A stretch of 63,834 nucleotides of DNA, filler included, from Lama guanicoe (GCA_013239625.1; 175 parts of 175 records of this genome joined end to end with filler, not necessarily neighbours in it); one strand, 5' to 3'. Numbered from the whole stretch's first letter, positions 25,548 through 37,857 are shown. Notes: generated by a model not told the origin, from the letters alone. Program-made: numbers and translations.

Positions 25548-25812
25548 TGAAGGAAGTCAGACTGAGAAAGATAAATATTATATAATATCACTTCCGGGTG
25601 GAATCTAAAACATAATAGACATGAATCTATGGACAAAACAGAAACACACTCCACGGACATCGAAAACCAACTGACGGTTATGCGAGGGGAAAGGGAAGGG
25701 TGGAGGGATCAGTTAGGAGTGTGGGATTAACAGATACACGCTACTGTGTATAAAATAGAGAAGCAACACGGACCTGCTGAATAACACAGGCAGCGATCTT
25801 CAATATCCTGGA
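25548..25812 (+). mobile_element. LINE-1 3' UTR fragment
   Basis: aagtcagactgagaaagataaatatta...gtggaatctaaaa...aaacagaaacacactc...gggattaacagatacacgctactgtgtataaaatag. Confidence 0.85.
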
Positions 25813-25978
25813 NNNNNNNNNNNNNNNNNNNNNNNNNNNNNNNNNNNNNNNNNNNNTTAATTAATTAANNNNNNNNNNNNNNNNNNNNNNNNNNNNNNNN
25901 NNNNNNNNNNNNTCACTGGAAGTAATTGAAATCCAGGCACGCTCCTCTCTGGGGTAAGTGACATCCTCCAGGCTTTGA

Positions 25979-26176
<198 letters not shown>

Positions 26177-26277
26177 CNNNNNNNNNNNNNNNNNNNNNNN
26201 NNNNNNNNNNNNNNNNNNNNNTTAATTAATTAANNNNNNNNNNNNNNNNNNNNNNNNNNNNNNNNNNNNNNNNNNNN

Positions 26278-26542
26278 GCACAACGCAGTCTGTCCCAGAG
26301 GTGCGAGTGGCCCCAGGGTGTGGGGGTAGTTAGTTTTTATGGGCTGGGTAGTTTCATAGCTACTGAGTGGGAGGAAGGGGTGGGGATTTCTAGGAAATGA
26401 GCCCCTGCTCACATTGTGGCCCTTTACGGTCAGCCTGGGAACTGTCATGGCACCTGTGGGTCTATCATTTACCATGCTCATGTACTACGATGGGCATATA
26501 ATGAGGCTCAACCTCTACCGGAAGTCCAATCTTCCACCATCT
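26278..26542 (-). mobile_element. ERV1 LTR fragment (MER41-like laurasiatherian family)
   Basis: gtttttatgggctgggtagtttcatagctactgagtgggagg...gggaactgtcatggcacc...tataatgaggctcaa...ggaagtccaatcttccaccatct. Confidence 0.7.
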
Positions 26543-27372
26543 NNNNNNNNNNNNNNNNNNNNNNNNNNNNNNNNNNNNNNNNNNNNTTAATTAATTAANN
26601 NNNNNNNNNNNNNNNNNNNNNNNNNNNNNNNNNNNNNNNNNNGTCACTTTTAAAAAGCACCCTACCTCTTCCCAGAGTAATGGCAGATTTGGGGCATCAG
26701 TGGTGAAACGATATGTGTTGGAGGTGGGAAAAGATGATGGAGAATCTATCATGTTGTTGTAATTCATTCAACAGAATTGATTGGGATCTTCAAAGGAGCA
26801 TTTCTTTAAATATTCATTTACCTAATTATAAACAGATAACACATCCACATGGGCTCCCAAATCTACTAGTATAAAATGATAGCAGAGTTTTCTCTTCAAC
26901 CACTAACNNNNNNNNNNNNNNNNNNNNNNNNNNNNNNNNNNNNNNNNNNNNTTAATTAATTAANNNNNNNNNNNNNNNNNNNNNNNNNNNNNNNNNNNNN
27001 NNNNNNNAAGTCTGCCAGGCTCTTGTCTGGGAAGCTGGGAACAAAGTCCTCTATTATATGTATTGACACTGTTTTTGCCTGAATTTCTGTCCTCCTGAAA
27101 ACATGAAGTTGTTATTCATTTTCTCCCTTTCCATTGCTAAGTTGGAACTCTATCAATGACCTTTATATTTAAATCCAAATATGGCTTATTACCAGAATCA
27201 CCTCACTGCCAAAACATGGTCTCCATACCCCACTAACTGAATTGAGATTGGAGGACAGAGTTTTGGATGAAGNNNNNNNNNNNNNNNNNNNNNNNNNNNN
27301 NNNNNNNNNNNNNNNNTTAATTAATTAANNNNNNNNNNNNNNNNNNNNNNNNNNNNNNNNNNNNNNNNNNNN

Positions 27373-27630
27373 AGATAGTAAATTTAAAAATACATTGGCT
27401 TAACTATATTTTGTCCACAATACATACTTGACATACGTAACACAAGTACTTTGAAAGTAAAAGGACAGAAAATCACATACCATGCAAACAGTAACCAAAA
27501 GATAACTGAAATGCCTACAATAGTATCAGACAAGCAGATTTTAAGATAAAAATTGTTATCAGAGAAAAAGAAGGATATTTCATAATGAAAAAGTTCAGCC
27601 CATCAAGAGGCTATAACAATTATAAACATA
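27373..27630 (+). mobile_element. LINE-1 ORF2 N-terminal endonuclease fragment
   Basis: Encodes LKVKGQKNHIPCK-like and HANSNQK..SDKQIL..EKEGYFIMKK segments. Confidence 0.8.
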
Positions 27631-28102
27631 TATATATNNNNNNNNNNNNNNNNNNNNNNNNNNNNNNNNNNNNNNNNNNNNTTAATTAATTAANNNNNNN
27701 NNNNNNNNNNNNNNNNNNNNNNNNNNNNNNNNNNNNNAAAAAACGAAAGAAGTAACACATGAAGCTAATCATTTTCCATTAAAAAATTTTTTTTAACACA
27801 AAGGTGTTGATCATTTCAGCCAGACAGTAAGGAAAACAATCATTTGACGAAAAGACACAAAGAATTGGGAAAGAGAAGCAGCATCTACAAATGGAGCATT
27901 GACTAGCATGAGTCCTTGGGCCTCAGATCACGGTGCTATGACACAAACAAGCTTTTTTTTTTTTTTAATTTTGAGCAGCAGGAGGAAGGCAGCCCTTGGC
28001 CCNNNNNNNNNNNNNNNNNNNNNNNNNNNNNNNNNNNNNNNNNNNNTTAATTAATTAANNNNNNNNNNNNNNNNNNNNNNNNNNNNNNNNNNNNNNNNNN
28101 NN

Positions 28103-28260
28103 GCTATGGCACAAGAGTATGGCGGTTTCTCCAAAACCTAACCATTGAACCACCCTTTGGCCCAGGTGTTCCACTTCTCAGCATAGAGACAAGAAAAGCA
28201 AAGAGATTAATTCAAAAAGGTAGGTATAACCCACTGTTCACAGCAGCACTCGTGACATTT
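28103..28260 (+). mobile_element. Strongly diverged L1 ORF2 3'-end-derived sequence
   Basis: agtatggcggtttctccaaaacctaaccattgaaccaccctttggcccaggtgttccacttctcagcata...aattcaaaaagg...ccactgttcacagcagcact follows the L1 C-terminal consensus. Confidence 0.65.
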
Positions 28261-28832
28261 CAATGCGATCTAAGATTTTGAATGCAAGCATTGGTTACAG
28301 GATGAGAAAGATCTGTGGACCGCAAGAAACAACACATTTTTCTTTGAATTGTTTGTTTTATGATGGGNNNNNNNNNNNNNNNNNNNNNNNNNNNNNNNNN
28401 NNNNNNNNNNNTTAATTAATTAANNNNNNNNNNNNNNNNNNNNNNNNNNNNNNNNNNNNNNNNNNNNAGCGTGGCAGCACTGGACGGCATCGGAGCCAGC
28501 CCCACTTCTGTCCCTTTTTGACTTTGTGAGATTTTTTTTTTTAACTCTCTGAGGATCAGAGAAAACGTGTAAAAAACATTGATCCCATATGAGGATTTTT
28601 CCCAGCAGACAGTAAGTGCTGAATAAGTAGCAGCTAATATCATCTCAGCAGTGGATGGGGTGGGGTCCGGGTGGGGTCCGTGTGGGGCGCCAGCTAAAGT
28701 GGACTCCAAACCTGTGCTTGAAGGACCACAAANNNNNNNNNNNNNNNNNNNNNNNNNNNNNNNNNNNNNNNNNNNNTTAATTAATTAANNNNNNNNNNNN
28801 NNNNNNNNNNNNNNNNNNNNNNNNNNNNNNNN

Positions 28833-29097
28833 TCACTTTTATATGAATTTTAGGATTAACTTGTGAATTTATGCAAAAATTTTATTGGAATTTTGATAGA
28901 AGTTGGGTAGAATCTGTAGATCTATTTAAGGAATATTGCCATGTTCACAGAGAACATCCAATGCATGAAAGTGGTGTGTTTTTTCCATTAATTTAGGTCT
29001 TCTTCAGTTTCTTTCAACAATCTTATAGTTTTCAGTGTACAAGTTGTAACTTCTACTAAATTTGTCTTTAAGTATTTTACTCTTTGTGATACTATTG
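28833..29097 (-). mobile_element. LINE-1 ORF2 fragment
   Basis: atatgaattttaggattaacttg...ggaattttgatag...aatctgtagatc...tttaggtcttcttcagtttctttcaaca. Confidence 0.8.
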
Positions 29098-29197
29098 NNN
29101 NNNNNNNNNNNNNNNNNNNNNNNNNNNNNNNNNNNNNNNNNTTAATTAATTAANNNNNNNNNNNNNNNNNNNNNNNNNNNNNNNNNNNNNNNNNNNN

Positions 29198-29462
29198 GCC
29201 GGGCGGCGAGCGGCGGGCGGCGGCGAGGGGCGGGACACGCGCGGCGCGCCGCGGGCCGGCGCCGGCCCGTGACTGACGGCCGTGCCCGCCTATGGGGGCG
29301 GTGCACGGCAGTGGGGCTACCGGCCGCCAGCCAATGGCGAGGCACGCCGGCTGTGCGTCCGCACGTCGGCCGCGGCGCCCTGCGCAGGCGCGGCTCCCGG
29401 CGGCCTGGAAAACCCGGGGCGGAGCTGGGCCGGCCGCGGAGTCGCGGAGCTGCGGAGCAGCC
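29198..29462. promoter_or_regulatory. CpG-island core promoter fragment (GC boxes, CCAAT, NRF1 site)
   Basis: Very high GC and CpG density. GGGGCGGGA 29227-29235, AGCCAATGG with CCAAT 29331-29335, TGCGCAGGCGCG 29381-29392, GGGGCGGAGC 29416-29425. Confidence 0.8.
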
Positions 29463-29562
29463 NNNNNNNNNNNNNNNNNNNNNNNNNNNNNNNNNNNNNN
29501 NNNNNNTTAATTAATTAANNNNNNNNNNNNNNNNNNNNNNNNNNNNNNNNNNNNNNNNNNNN

Positions 29563-29827
29563 TTTTTTTTTTTGGCCAATCTGTCCGATGTGAAAGGGCA
29601 TCTCATTGTTTCAATTTGCATGTTCCTGATTACTGTTCAGATTTACTTCCCTGTGAACTGTCTGTGCATGACCTTTGCCCATTTTTCTAGTGGCTTGTTT
29701 TCTTTTTCTTAGTGAGGTGAAAGAATTCATCATCGATTCTCAGTGATAACCCCCAGTCAGTTATGCTGGTTGCAAATATTCCCTCCTGGTTTGTGTCTTG
29801 TCATTTAACTTTTTGATGGTCATTTCT
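29563..29827 (-). mobile_element. Old LINE-1 fragment
   Basis: atctcattgtttcaatttgcatgttcctgattact...tttgcccatttttct...gttgcaaatattccctcc. Confidence 0.7.
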
Positions 29828-31033
29828 NNNNNNNNNNNNNNNNNNNNNNNNNNNNNNNNNNNNNNNNNNNNTTAATTAATTAANNNNNNNNNNNNNNNNN
29901 NNNNNNNNNNNNNNNNNNNNNNNNNNNAAAGTAGGATCTGATCTTACGTAAGTTCAAGAATCACAGAGCACCGCCTCCAAAGCGGGCCCGGTAGCATAGG
30001 CCAGGTCCTCCGACCGTCACCTACGGGACCACCATGAGACCTCTCCAGGACCGAGGCCGTAGGCCGGGGTGACACAGCTTCCCCCACTCTCCCCAGCAAA
30101 TGGGTCCACGTCTCGGCAAAGACATCTCGCACTCTTCTTCCCGAGGGACAACACGATAGATACACCGGGAATCAGAACAGAAGGTGGGGGGGNNNNNNNN
30201 NNNNNNNNNNNNNNNNNNNNNNNNNNNNNNNNNNNNTTAATTAATTAANNNNNNNNNNNNNNNNNNNNNNNNNNNNNNNNNNNNNNNNNNNNATAAAAGA
30301 AGAAGTCACAATTTCTGTTCTTATAGATTAGATTGGATAGGGACAGCCTTGAACTAATCAGCCCAGCCAGAAATTTGGGGAAGCCCAGCAGGGAGGTAAC
30401 ATGAGCAGGTGCACTTACAGGGTCCGTGGGCAAGTGGGCTTGATGTTTGGGTTTATATTAAAATCGGATGCTCACTTGCCTTTCTTTTCCCCACGGGAGA
30501 GCACTCAGGAGGAGCAAATCTCTCTGTGTCCTGTGCTTCATGGCACTGGGGAAGGAGNNNNNNNNNNNNNNNNNNNNNNNNNNNNNNNNNNNNNNNNNNN
30601 NTTAATTAATTAANNNNNNNNNNNNNNNNNNNNNNNNNNNNNNNNNNNNNNNNNNNNAGATTAGAGCTTTAGCTTTTTAACTCTACATAGTTAAGAAGTG
30701 AATAAAGCCAACCACTAAATAAGAATCAAAAAAATGCAGTAACTTGATCATAAAGGACAGTGAAATATCCTTACACATATTCAAGTGATCAATCATCAAG
30801 TTATAAATAATAAGTAGTTCATTTTTATCCTGTTTGTTATTTAAGATTTCACATTTAAATGATATCATAGTGTATGTTTCTTTCTTTTTCATGCCTACTT
30901 TACTTAGAATAATGATCTCCAGNNNNNNNNNNNNNNNNNNNNNNNNNNNNNNNNNNNNNNNNNNNNTTAATTAATTAANNNNNNNNNNNNNNNNNNNNNN
31001 NNNNNNNNNNNNNNNNNNNNNNTTGACTGAAAA

Positions 31034-31287
31034 TGTTACTGAGTCCAAACTCGTTCTGCTTTCAGACTGCAAGACAGGCCAATAAACCAGGAGATGAGAT
31101 GTTGGTGCATGGAATAGGAACTTTACTCGGAAAGCCAACAGACTGAGAAGATGGCAACTAATGTCCTGGAGAACCATTTTACCCAAGACAGAATTCAGGC
31201 TCCTTTAACACTAAAAAGGGGAGAGTGTGTAGTTGGTCGTTGCAAACTTCTTGCCGTAGGAATCCTTTGTCCTTGCAGCTGTCCCCA
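31034..31287 (-). mobile_element. ERV1 LTR (LTR39-like) terminus
   Basis: Starts tgttactgagtccaaactcgttctgct...caggccaataaacc.gagatgagatgttgg...actttactcggaaagccaacagactgagaagatggc. Confidence 0.7.
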
Positions 31288-32149
31288 NNNNNNNNNNNNN
31301 NNNNNNNNNNNNNNNNNNNNNNNNNNNNNNNTTAATTAATTAANNNNNNNNNNNNNNNNNNNNNNNNNNNNNNNNNNNNNNNNNNNNCAATTTGAGTCCC
31401 CTGGCCTCAGTATTGGTACATATGGATTGCCTTCAGTATTTTTTTTTTTGTAGATGCACAGATTTCCATCTTATCAGTGTACCACGATTTATTGAACTCT
31501 TCCATAGTCATAGACATCTGGGTTGTTTTAGCCTGTTGATAGGTTATCATTTGTTTGTTTTGCATATGGATATCTAGTTGTTTCCTCACCAGGTATTGAA
31601 GGGAAGATGGTTCTTTTTTTCATTGAATTTCTTTTGCATCTTTATAAAAAATNNNNNNNNNNNNNNNNNNNNNNNNNNNNNNNNNNNNNNNNNNNNTTAA
31701 TTAATTAANNNNNNNNNNNNNNNNNNNNNNNNNNNNNNNNNNNNNNNNNNNNGGTCTCTGCAGATATTTGCAAAACCAAGCACAGGGATTAGCATAAGGG
31801 GGAAGGCCACTGAGACTCTGTGTGCTTTAGAGTCTGAGCAGACAGCCAGGAATGGCCTGCCAGGTGAGGAGAGGCGGCCTGCGGGGAGCACAGCTAAACA
31901 AGATCACCTACCTCACCAGGTCAGGGTTCTCAGATAAAATTCATCAGGGCTTACTTACCTCTGGCCAAACCTGGTGACCGACCTGAAAGCCACTTGCTCT
32001 CACTTCTGCAACTTTCCNNNNNNNNNNNNNNNNNNNNNNNNNNNNNNNNNNNNNNNNNNNNTTAATTAATTAANNNNNNNNNNNNNNNNNNNNNNNNNNN
32101 NNNNNNNNNNNNNNNNNAGTAAACTTGTATGTATGGGAGTAGCTACCAG

Positions 32150-32340
32150 GCATCAGCATTTCTTAAAACACACCAACTGATTCCAGTGGAAACCAAATTG
32201 AGCATCAGACTATGTGCAATGCTTATCATACTTTAATATGCAGAAGTTCCACTTGGGGACATTGTCAATGTGCATGTTTTGATGCAGTGGTCTGGGTTGT
32301 ACCTAAGATTTTGTATTTGTAGTAAGTCATAGGTCCTACC
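32150..32340. mobile_element. MER5-like fragments
   Basis: ggcatcagcatttcttaaaa...ccaactgattccagtg and caatgcttatcatacttt...ggtctgggttgtacctaagattttgtattt. Confidence 0.55.
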
Positions 32341-33212
32341 AAGCTCCTCTTTACTCTCACATAAATAAACCTGAATAAAAAANNNNNNNNNNNNNNNNNN
32401 NNNNNNNNNNNNNNNNNNNNNNNNNNTTAATTAATTAANNNNNNNNNNNNNNNNNNNNNNNNNNNNNNNNNNNNNNNNNNNNCCACCACTGATGTTTAAA
32501 CAGTGCCCGATACATAGTAACTATACCATACAAAGGATTTCTAGAATTACTTATTAATATAGTCCTGTGACTCTATTATTGTTTGCCTATGCCAACAGAC
32601 TGCAAGACGAATGGTAGAGTTTGTGCCAATCTCTCTCGTCATCACTCCCACAAAATCTAGCAGGGTTCCTGGTTGACTGACTAAGAGAAGGAAAATGCAC
32701 TAAATGAAATTCTAAACAATTAGGATGAAATGAAAAATCAAAAAAAANNNNNNNNNNNNNNNNNNNNNNNNNNNNNNNNNNNNNNNNNNNNTTAATTAAT
32801 TAANNNNNNNNNNNNNNNNNNNNNNNNNNNNNNNNNNNNNNNNNNNNACACACACACACACACACTGGGAACAGCCACTGGAGATGTCAAGTAGGACTAT
32901 GTCAAGGAGACGCCAAATCTGGAGAAATATATTTGAAGGCCATCAGTATACAGACAATATTTAGAGCCTTGAAAGAGTAATTCACCGAGGGAGAGAGGAT
33001 ACTTAGAGAAAGCAAAAGGTAGATGAAGTCAAGATTACTTAGAGGACTTACGGAAGAGGAGGAGAAAGGAAACAAAACTTCGAAGAGAGAGCCATTGAGG
33101 CAAAAAAAAAAANNNNNNNNNNNNNNNNNNNNNNNNNNNNNNNNNNNNNNNNNNNNTTAATTAATTAANNNNNNNNNNNNNNNNNNNNNNNNNNNNNNNN
33201 NNNNNNNNNNNN

Positions 33213-33477
33213 ATCAATCTCATTTCTTTTCCTTCTTTGCAGACACTGCACTGCTCTTTCCTCTAATTCTATGTTGCAGGTGAGAAATCTAAGGCTGCCT
33301 GAGTCTCATTCCATTACAGATAAACACTTTTTCTTTTGGGTTTTATCTTTCTTTTTTGGAAACTTTAAAGATTTTATTTATATCATAGTTGAGATTGAAA
33401 AATTTCACCACAGTGAGTTTAGATGTGTGTCTGTGTAACTTTTGCTCAGCTCTGGCAGACCCTTTTAATCTGAGGAC
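33213..33477 (-). mobile_element. Old LINE-1 (L1ME/HAL1-type) ORF1 fragment
   Basis: gttgcaggtgagaaatctaaggctgcctgagtctcattcc...aaatttcacca...gacccttttaatctgaggac. Confidence 0.6.
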
Positions 33478-34310
33478 NNNNNNNNNNNNNNNNNNNNNNN
33501 NNNNNNNNNNNNNNNNNNNNNTTAATTAATTAANNNNNNNNNNNNNNNNNNNNNNNNNNNNNNNNNNNNNNNNNNNNAACCGCTTTCCTTCCTTTCCTGT
33601 GCCACCCTTCTTCACCCTTGCAGAGGTCCCTGTGTCCTCCTGTCTCCCACATGCGCCTATTTTAGTGGCTGACTTCCTTTGCAGGCAGGGCTCGGGTTAA
33701 GCGAAAGGGCAGCAGTGGGCCCAGGACCTTGGTACAGATCCTGCCCCTGACACATCTGTTACTGCTGGTCTGGTTTCCTCACCTCTGTTGTTCAAGGTCA
33801 AGTGCGGGCTGTGTCAGGGGCTAAATCAGTGTTTCTCAAACTNNNNNNNNNNNNNNNNNNNNNNNNNNNNNNNNNNNNNNNNNNNNTTAATTAATTAANN
33901 NNNNNNNNNNNNNNNNNNNNNNNNNNNNNNNNNNNNNNNNNNCTGCTTGCTGGTTCCCAGAGGTTTCCCCATCCTGACAGGGCTCAGGGACCTCAGTCAG
34001 ACCTCCGGTTCTGAGCCCCCTCCACTCCAGCTGCAGCTGCCGTGCTCCAGACCAGTGTGAACTCCCAACAGCCTGGTGGGTCCCAGGGACCTTCACGAGG
34101 ATTCCAAAGGATATCTGAGATACACCGTGATGTACAGAAGATGCCTCACCATCTTTGCGAATTATGCATCCTGTACCCACTGTTTTCCATGGCATCCCTT
34201 GGGGAGANNNNNNNNNNNNNNNNNNNNNNNNNNNNNNNNNNNNNNNNNNNNTTAATTAATTAANNNNNNNNNNNNNNNNNNNNNNNNNNNNNNNNNNNNN
34301 NNNNNNNGTT

Positions 34311-34406
34311 CTAGGTACAGGGTTAGGGCTATATTTAGTTTTAAGGCTAGGTTCGAAATTAGGGCTATATTCAGGTTTACATCAACGTTCAGTGTTAGGC
34401 CTAGGT
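34311..34406 (+). repeat. Degenerate telomere-like (TTAGGG-variant) hexamer array
   Basis: Sixteen phased hexamers: ctaggt acaggg ttaggg ctatat ttagtt ttaagg ctaggt tcgaaa ttaggg ctatat tcaggt ttacat caacgt tcagtg ttaggc ctaggt. Confidence 0.75.
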
Positions 34407-36132
34407 GCATTGTTACCCACTCGGTGTCTGGGTGGGTGGCATTGGGGGTGGGAACTCTGCTGGCCAGTCCTGGGCCATGGGGGTGGACAAGCCCTACCGC
34501 CTCACGGCCCGGCCTCGCATAGCGGGGCTCGGCCCCTCTCGGAGGCACTGGCCTTGTCTCGTAGTGCGGGAGNNNNNNNNNNNNNNNNNNNNNNNNNNNN
34601 NNNNNNNNNNNNNNNNTTAATTAATTAANNNNNNNNNNNNNNNNNNNNNNNNNNNNNNNNNNNNNNNNNNNNGCCTGGCCGAGCCCTGCTCACGTCGCGG
34701 CCACGATCAAGTCATCTCTGCCGTTTGTGGAATCCCTTTCCCGTTTACAAAGTGCTTATCCTGCACCGTCTCATCAGCTCCGCACGGCAGCCCCGAGCAT
34801 CCAGGCACGTGTCAATTACACAGTCAACAAACGGCGAGCTGGTGGCGAGCGTGTGCACGTGTGCGCCTGTGTGTACGTGCGGGGGGCAGGGGGGCACGCA
34901 CGGCCGAGGGGGCTCCTGCCTTTGAGAACTAGACCGCNNNNNNNNNNNNNNNNNNNNNNNNNNNNNNNNNNNNNNNNNNNNTTAATTAATTAANNNNNNN
35001 NNNNNNNNNNNNNNNNNNNNNNNNNNNNNNNNNNNNNGCACTCCAACCTGTCATTGCCTGAGGCTAATAAAGCTATTGGCTCTGTGGGGACAAGTTGGCA
35101 CACCCTGGGCCTTTCTCCCCGGGCACCTCAGGTTCAACAACTCCAGAAAGTCCCGGGAAGGGACATGTTAAATTGTGAAAAGAACCACTCAACTGTTCAA
35201 CTGTTATTTTAATTTTTGTTGTCATTTTTAAATTTTGTAAATTTAAATTCACACAAAGCTGCCTTAAGTGAAGTCCCAGGAGCTTTACTGGGGCTGAGGG
35301 AGNNNNNNNNNNNNNNNNNNNNNNNNNNNNNNNNNNNNNNNNNNNNTTAATTAATTAANNNNNNNNNNNNNNNNNNNNNNNNNNNNNNNNNNNNNNNNNN
35401 NNTCTTCCAGAGTGACTCAGCGAGCAAGTGTCAGACGGGAAGCAAGCTCATTGGGAGAGAGTAAGGGTGGAACCTGTGACTCTTCTGAAGAGAGTGGGCT
35501 TCCGATGAATTCTCTTCGCCTGGAAGAGCTCGGGGACGGCGGGGTCGGGCAGAGCCAAGCGGCTTGCCGTCAGGCGCCCGCGCTGCGTCTATGCCCTCCC
35601 ACCTCCGCTCGAGCCGCGTAACTTTGACACATGGTTCTTTGCCTCTTGGGGCCTCCGTTTCCCCAGANNNNNNNNNNNNNNNNNNNNNNNNNNNNNNNNN
35701 NNNNNNNNNNNTTAATTAATTAANNNNNNNNNNNNNNNNNNNNNNNNNNNNNNNNNNNNNNNNNNNNTGATAGTAAGGAGAGGATTGTATTTTGTGACTT
35801 GTCATTTGCTCTCTCTGAAGAACCTCTGATAGGCCATTCTGGACATACAGTATAAGTAACACACAAGGGAACTTCAGCCTTGAATGCAGAGTGGCCTTGG
35901 AGGAGTTAATTTCACTGATTACTGTTATGATCTATTTTAGAGCCTTTTGGGTGTAAAATCTATACCGCCTACTAGTGTTTCCGGTAGGTACTCAATGGAA
36001 CAGGGACTAGGAAACTTGCAGAGCAGCCTCAGNNNNNNNNNNNNNNNNNNNNNNNNNNNNNNNNNNNNNNNNNNNNTTAATTAATTAANNNNNNNNNNNN
36101 NNNNNNNNNNNNNNNNNNNNNNNNNNNNNNNN

Positions 36133-36320
36133 TATTGATTTATAATCATTTTACAATGTTGTCAAATTCCAGTGTTTTTTTCTTTTTTTCAATTTTTCCC
36201 TTGAGCATTTTTTTATGTTGCTTGCTTATTTATTTATTTATTTATATTAAAAAAAATTTTTATTGAAGTACAGTCAGTTTCAATGTGTCAGTTTCTGGTG
36301 TGCAGCATGATGCCCCAGTG
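36133..36320 (-). mobile_element. Two L1 3' termini
   Basis: tattgatttataatcattttacaatgttgtcaaattccagtgt and tttattgaagtacagtcagtttcaatgtgtcagtttctggtgtgcagcat. Confidence 0.75.
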
Positions 36321-37227
36321 AGAATTCCTCTTTGGGGAAACTGAGGGTCTCAAGAGAAACATGGACTGATATCAATGGAACCACCCTTGCATGTCCCNNN
36401 NNNNNNNNNNNNNNNNNNNNNNNNNNNNNNNNNNNNNNNNNTTAATTAATTAANNNNNNNNNNNNNNNNNNNNNNNNNNNNNNNNNNNNNNNNNNNNGAG
36501 GAGAAAGGATAAACTAGGGGTTTGGGATTAGCAGATACACATTACTCTACATAAAACAGATCAACAACAAGGTCCCAGAAATAAACTTAATGACAGGTGT
36601 TCATATTTTTGCATAAATTAAACCTCAAAGCCTTATTGGAATATTGAAAATGTGTAAGAAATATTGAGACTGTGCAGACCTGTGGCATTCTCTTAGATGT
36701 GATAGGCATCTATTCTCTCTCTGTTTTATAGTTCTAGCTCAATCCCAATTAAAATGTCATGANNNNNNNNNNNNNNNNNNNNNNNNNNNNNNNNNNNNNN
36801 NNNNNNTTAATTAATTAANNNNNNNNNNNNNNNNNNNNNNNNNNNNNNNNNNNNNNNNNNNNTTTTATTTGCAGATTTGTTCCTGACATGACACTGTCCT
36901 GCTTGGACATGGCCTGAGCAATGACTCCCCGAGGCAAGTGTGTGGTCAGAGGTGGGAGCTCATGTGCCTCAGGGGCCCGGGTGCAGAAGGTCACCCTCCG
37001 TGAGGACACTGCCCGTCGGCAGGGAGAGATTCCTGGAGTATCTGCCAGCTGTCTTGGTCCAGAACCCAGAGATCACCAACAGTCCCCAGGGCACCTGCGG
37101 GCTCATACATCTCATCCTCCAGCCCCANNNNNNNNNNNNNNNNNNNNNNNNNNNNNNNNNNNNNNNNNNNNTTAATTAATTAANNNNNNNNNNNNNNNNN
37201 NNNNNNNNNNNNNNNNNNNNNNNNNNN

Positions 37228-37390
37228 AGTTTACACTGTATAGCACAGGGAACTATATTCAACATCTTATAGTAACTTACGGTGAAAACGAATATGAAAA
37301 CGAATATATGTATGTTCCTGTATGTATGTTTCTGTACATGAGAAATTGATGCAATATTGTAAACTGACTATGCTTCAATAAAAAAAAAAA
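37228..37390 (+). mobile_element. L1 3' UTR end with poly(A) tail
   Basis: ctgtatagcacagggaactatattcaacatcttatagtaac...ttgtaaactgactatgcttcaataaaaaaaaaaa. Confidence 0.85.
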
Positions 37391-37780
37391 GGAAAGCATT
37401 CAAAAACCTACAAGTCAAAAAGGGAAAAAGTATAATTTTTTTTGTTTAAATGGATACCTCATGACAGTCAATTATATATATATATATATATANNNNNNNN
37501 NNNNNNNNNNNNNNNNNNNNNNNNNNNNNNNNNNNNTTAATTAATTAANNNNNNNNNNNNNNNNNNNNNNNNNNNNNNNNNNNNNNNNNNNNTGGATTAT
37601 TTTTCACCTTTAAAACGGCCAAAGAATTTCAGCTATATATTTAAATAATAGTCTCCATCTCAATAGACATCTCCAGCCATGTTAGGTTAAAAACCTACAC
37701 TTATTAGAGTTTTAAAAGAAGAAACTGATATTCCTCTTATTGCTCTGCTCCATTGTATGATATACATAGAGTAGATTTGT

Positions 37781-37857
37781 GAGGGGATGAGTATAGCTCA
37801 ATGATAGTGTGTGTGCCTGGCATGCACAAGGTCCTGGGTTCAATCCCCAGTGCCATC
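37781..37857 (+). mobile_element. tRNA-derived SINE (Vic-1-like, camelid)
   Basis: gaggggatgagtatagctcaatgatagtgtgtgtgcctggcatgcacaaggtcctgggttcaatccccagtgcc, with A box tagctcaatgat and B box ggttcaatccc. Confidence 0.88.

Noticed and set aside
29142..29518. Overlapping Arg/Gly/Ala/Pro-rich ORFs (likewise 21120-21488)
   Set aside because: Stop codons are scarce in CpG-island DNA; no coding signature.
34252..34548. ORF with a periodic LTLNVDVNLNIALISNLALKLNIAL segment
   Set aside because: The periodicity comes from the telomere-like hexamer array.
37781..37857. tRNA-Ala gene
   Set aside because: Acceptor and D stems are degraded and homologous decayed copies occur at 3649 and 47633, so it is a SINE head.
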